A DNA stretch of 64,000 nucleotides from Alphaproteobacteria bacterium (GTDB lineage: Bacteria; Pseudomonadota; Alphaproteobacteria; SP197): NCBI GenBank assembly GCA_964291415.2, contig OZ219917.1, positions 128,001-192,000 of the forward strand, written 5' to 3'. Shown piece after piece: positions 61,923 to 64,000 of this stretch. The notes under the pieces were generated by a model that worked only from the letters and a program-made list of their open reading frames with translations, ran no database searches and was not told the origin of the DNA. A program made the translations under genes and the position numbers. Within the stretch, counting starts at the first letter, position 1; every line of letters begins with the position of its first letter.

Positions 61923-63172
61923 CGATGACCGCCGCCGTCGCCGAAACCGGCATCGCCTTCGACCCCTCCCTCGTGCGGGCGGACTTTCCCATCCTCTCGC
62001 GCCAGGTGCGCGGCCGCCCGCTGGTCTATCTCGACAGCGCCGCCAGCGCCCAGAAGCCCCGCCACGTCATCGACGCCGAACGCCGCCTCTACGAGGAGGA
62101 GTACGCGAACGTCCATCGCGGCGTGCACTGGCTCTCCCAGGCCGCCACCGAGAGGTTCGAGGAGGCACGCGAAGCGGTCCGCCGCTTCATCAATGCCGCC
62201 GCGGACCGGGAAGTGGTCTTCGTGCGCGGCGGCACCGAGGGCATCAACCTGGTGGCGCAAAGCTGGGGACGGTCCAACCTCAAGGAAGGCGACAGGATCC
62301 TGATCTCGACTCTCGAGCACCACGCGAACATCGTGCCGTGGCACCTGCTTGCCGCCGAGAGAGGGCTCGAGGTCGAGGGGATTCCCATTTTCGACGACGG
62401 CCAGATCGACATGGAAGCCTATCGCCGCCTGCTCGATCGCCCGGTGAAACTGGTGGCTCTCACCCAGATGTCCAACGCGCTCGGCATCATCACGCCTGCC
62501 GCCGAGATGATCCGCATGGCCCACGATGCCGGCGCACTCGTCATGCTGGACAGCTGCCAGGCGATCAGCCACGGCGCGGTGGATGTCCAGGGCCTGGACT
62601 GCGACTTCATGGTCTTTTCCGGCCACAAGATCTACGGACCGACGGGCATCGGCGTCCTCTACGGCAAGGCCGAACTTCTCGAAGAGATGCCGCCCTGGCA
62701 GGGCGGCGGCGAAATGATCGCCCGGGTCACCATGGAACGCTCGACCTTCAAGGGCATTCCCCACCGCTTCGAGGCCGGCACCCCGGCGATCGCCCAGGCC
62801 GTCGGGCTCAAGGCCGCCCTCGACTATGTCACGGCTCTCGGCATCGAGAGCATCGCCGACCACGAGGCCATGCTGCGTGCATATGCCGTGGAACGTCTTT
62901 CGGCCATCGAGGGCCTCAACATCCTGGGCACCCATCCCGCCGCAGCGGCCATCGTCTCGTTCAACCTTGACGGCATCCACCCCCACGATGTCGGCACCAT
63001 CGTTGATCACGAAGGTGTCGCGGTGCGCGTCGGTCACCACTGCGCCCAGCCCCTGATGGACCGTTTCGACGTCGCTGCCACGGTGCGCGCCTCGTTCGCC
63101 CTCTACAACACCACCGACGAAGTCGACGCGCTGGCGACGGCGCTGGAACAGACGAGGACGCTGTTTTCGTGA
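61919..63172 (+). CDS. sufS: Cysteine desulfurase SufS
   Basis: YLDSAASAQKP, NVHRG, FSGHKIYGPTGIG, FEAGTP, RVGHHCAQP. Confidence 0.96.
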   Translation: MTMTAAVAETGIAFDPSLVRADFPILSRQVRGRPLVYLDSAASAQKPRHVIDAERRLYEEEYANVHRGVHWLSQAATERFEEAREAVRRFINAAADREVVFVRGGTEGINLVAQSWGRSNLKEGDRILISTLEHHANIVPWHLLAAERGLEVEGIPIFDDGQIDMEAYRRLLDRPVKLVALTQMSNALGIITPAAEMIRMAHDAGALVMLDSCQAISHGAVDVQGLDCDFMVFSGHKIYGPTGIGVLYGKAELLEEMPPWQGGGEMIARVTMERSTFKGIPHRFEAGTPAIAQAVGLKAALDYVTALGIESIADHEAMLRAYAVERLSAIEGLNILGTHPAAAAIVSFNLDGIHPHDVGTIVDHEGVAVRVGHHCAQPLMDRFDVAATVRASFALYNTTDEVDALATALEQTRTLFS

Positions 63173-63621
63173 TGGACGATCTGCGCGAACTCTACCAGGA
63201 AGTGATCCTCGATCACGGCAGGAACCCGAGGAACTGCCGCCATCCGGAGGATCACAACCACGCGGCGGAGGGCGACAACCCGATGTGCGGTGATCGCCTG
63301 ACGGTCTACCTGAAGATCGACGATGACGGGACCATCCGGGACGCGGCCTTCGAGGGCCGCGGCTGCGCCATTTCCATTGCCTCGGCCTCGATCATGACGG
63401 AGATGCTTCCGGGCCTGAAGGAGGCTGATGCGCGCCACCTCTTCGACTGCTTCCACCACCTCGTCACGGGCCAGGACATCAACGGCTACGATGGCGATCT
63501 CGACAAGCTGGTCGTCATGTCGGGCGTGCGCAACTTTCCCGTGCGGATCAAGTGCGCGACCCTCGCCTGGCACGCCATGACGGCCGCCATGGAGGGCCGG
63601 GCCACGGCCACGACGGAGTAG
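63169..63621 (+). CDS. sufU: SufU/NifU-type Fe-S assembly protein
   Basis: LYQEVILDH, NPMCGD, GCAISIASAS, RIKCATLAW. Confidence 0.93.
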   Translation: MMDDLRELYQEVILDHGRNPRNCRHPEDHNHAAEGDNPMCGDRLTVYLKIDDDGTIRDAAFEGRGCAISIASASIMTEMLPGLKEADARHLFDCFHHLVTGQDINGYDGDLDKLVVMSGVRNFPVRIKCATLAWHAMTAAMEGRATATTE

Positions 63622-63624
63622 GAC

Positions 63625-64000
63625 ATGGGTTCTGACAACGAACAGGGGACCGCACCCGCCGGCTTCCACGAGAGCTGGACACCCGAGGCGGAGGTCGATC
63701 CCCACAGCATTCCCCAGGCGGAAGGCGAGCCGCTGATCGGCGACATCGTCGATTCCATCCGCACGGTGTACGATCCGGAGATTCCGGTGAACATCTACGA
63801 TCTGGGTCTCGTCTATGCTATCGATTCGAAGCCTGACGGCACGGTGAAGATCGAGATGACGCTCACCACGCCGGGCTGCCCGGTGGCGGAGGACATTCCC
63901 ATCTGGATACGCGATGCCGTCTCACGCGTGGAAGGCGCGAAGGACGTCTTCGTCGACATCGTCTGGGACCCTCCCTGGGATCCGTCGATGATGTCGGATT
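63625..64000 (+). CDS. DUF59/SufT-like Fe-S assembly protein (3' partial)
   Basis: TVYDPEIPVNIYDLGLVY, MTLTTPGCPVA, VWDPPW; runs off the window end. Confidence 0.93.
   Translation, partial: MGSDNEQGTAPAGFHESWTPEAEVDPHSIPQAEGEPLIGDIVDSIRTVYDPEIPVNIYDLGLVYAIDSKPDGTVKIEMTLTTPGCPVAEDIPIWIRDAVSRVEGAKDVFVDIVWDPPWDPSMMSD

Noticed and set aside
1-64000. CRISPR array, tRNA or rRNA genes
   Set aside because: No regularly spaced short repeats or recognisable structural RNA genes were seen by eye; a covariance-model scan was not possible.
58427-64000. suf operon with sufU and a DUF59 gene as a novelty
   Set aside because: A well-known SUF operon arrangement.

Overview
GC-rich bacterial window, most consistent with an alphaproteobacterium. 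It resembles marine-sponge symbiont genomes, judging from a sup-type PKS cluster, carnitine/choline/betaine catabolic genes and many toxin-antitoxin modules. Main content: (1) a sup-like type I PKS locus (ACP, Sfp-type PPTase, alpha/beta hydrolase and a ~10.3 kb KS-AT-DH-cMT-ER-KR-ACP-KS0-AT0 gene split by two frameshifts); (2) quaternary-amine and amino-acid catabolic genes (carnitine dehydrogenase, choline dehydrogenase, three homocysteine S-methyltransferases, N-methyltransferase, hydantoinases, peptidases, cyclodeaminase); (3) a CP-ATP-grasp/alpha-E/transglutaminase operon; (4) AbiE, GNAT/DUF1778, ParDE and VapC/Phd TA systems, a pair of PD-(D/E)XK nucleases, and IS630 and tyrosine-integrase remnants; (5) an Rrf2-sufBCDSU-sufT operon. 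The most striking unexplained pattern is at least nine imperfect direct-repeat 'echoes' of gene ends, mostly 130-250 bp. They bracket accessory cargo in nested or interleaved fashion, and three copies share a hairpin core. Also notable are a tandem two-domain bacterioferritin homolog lacking most ferroxidase ligands, an unannotated 4-Cys microprotein upstream of the suf operon, and an AbiEii toxin whose N-terminus continues in frame straight after the AbiEi stop codon. Several 1-2 nt frameshifts suggest long-read indel errors. All family assignments come from motif recognition by eye; no database searches were run.
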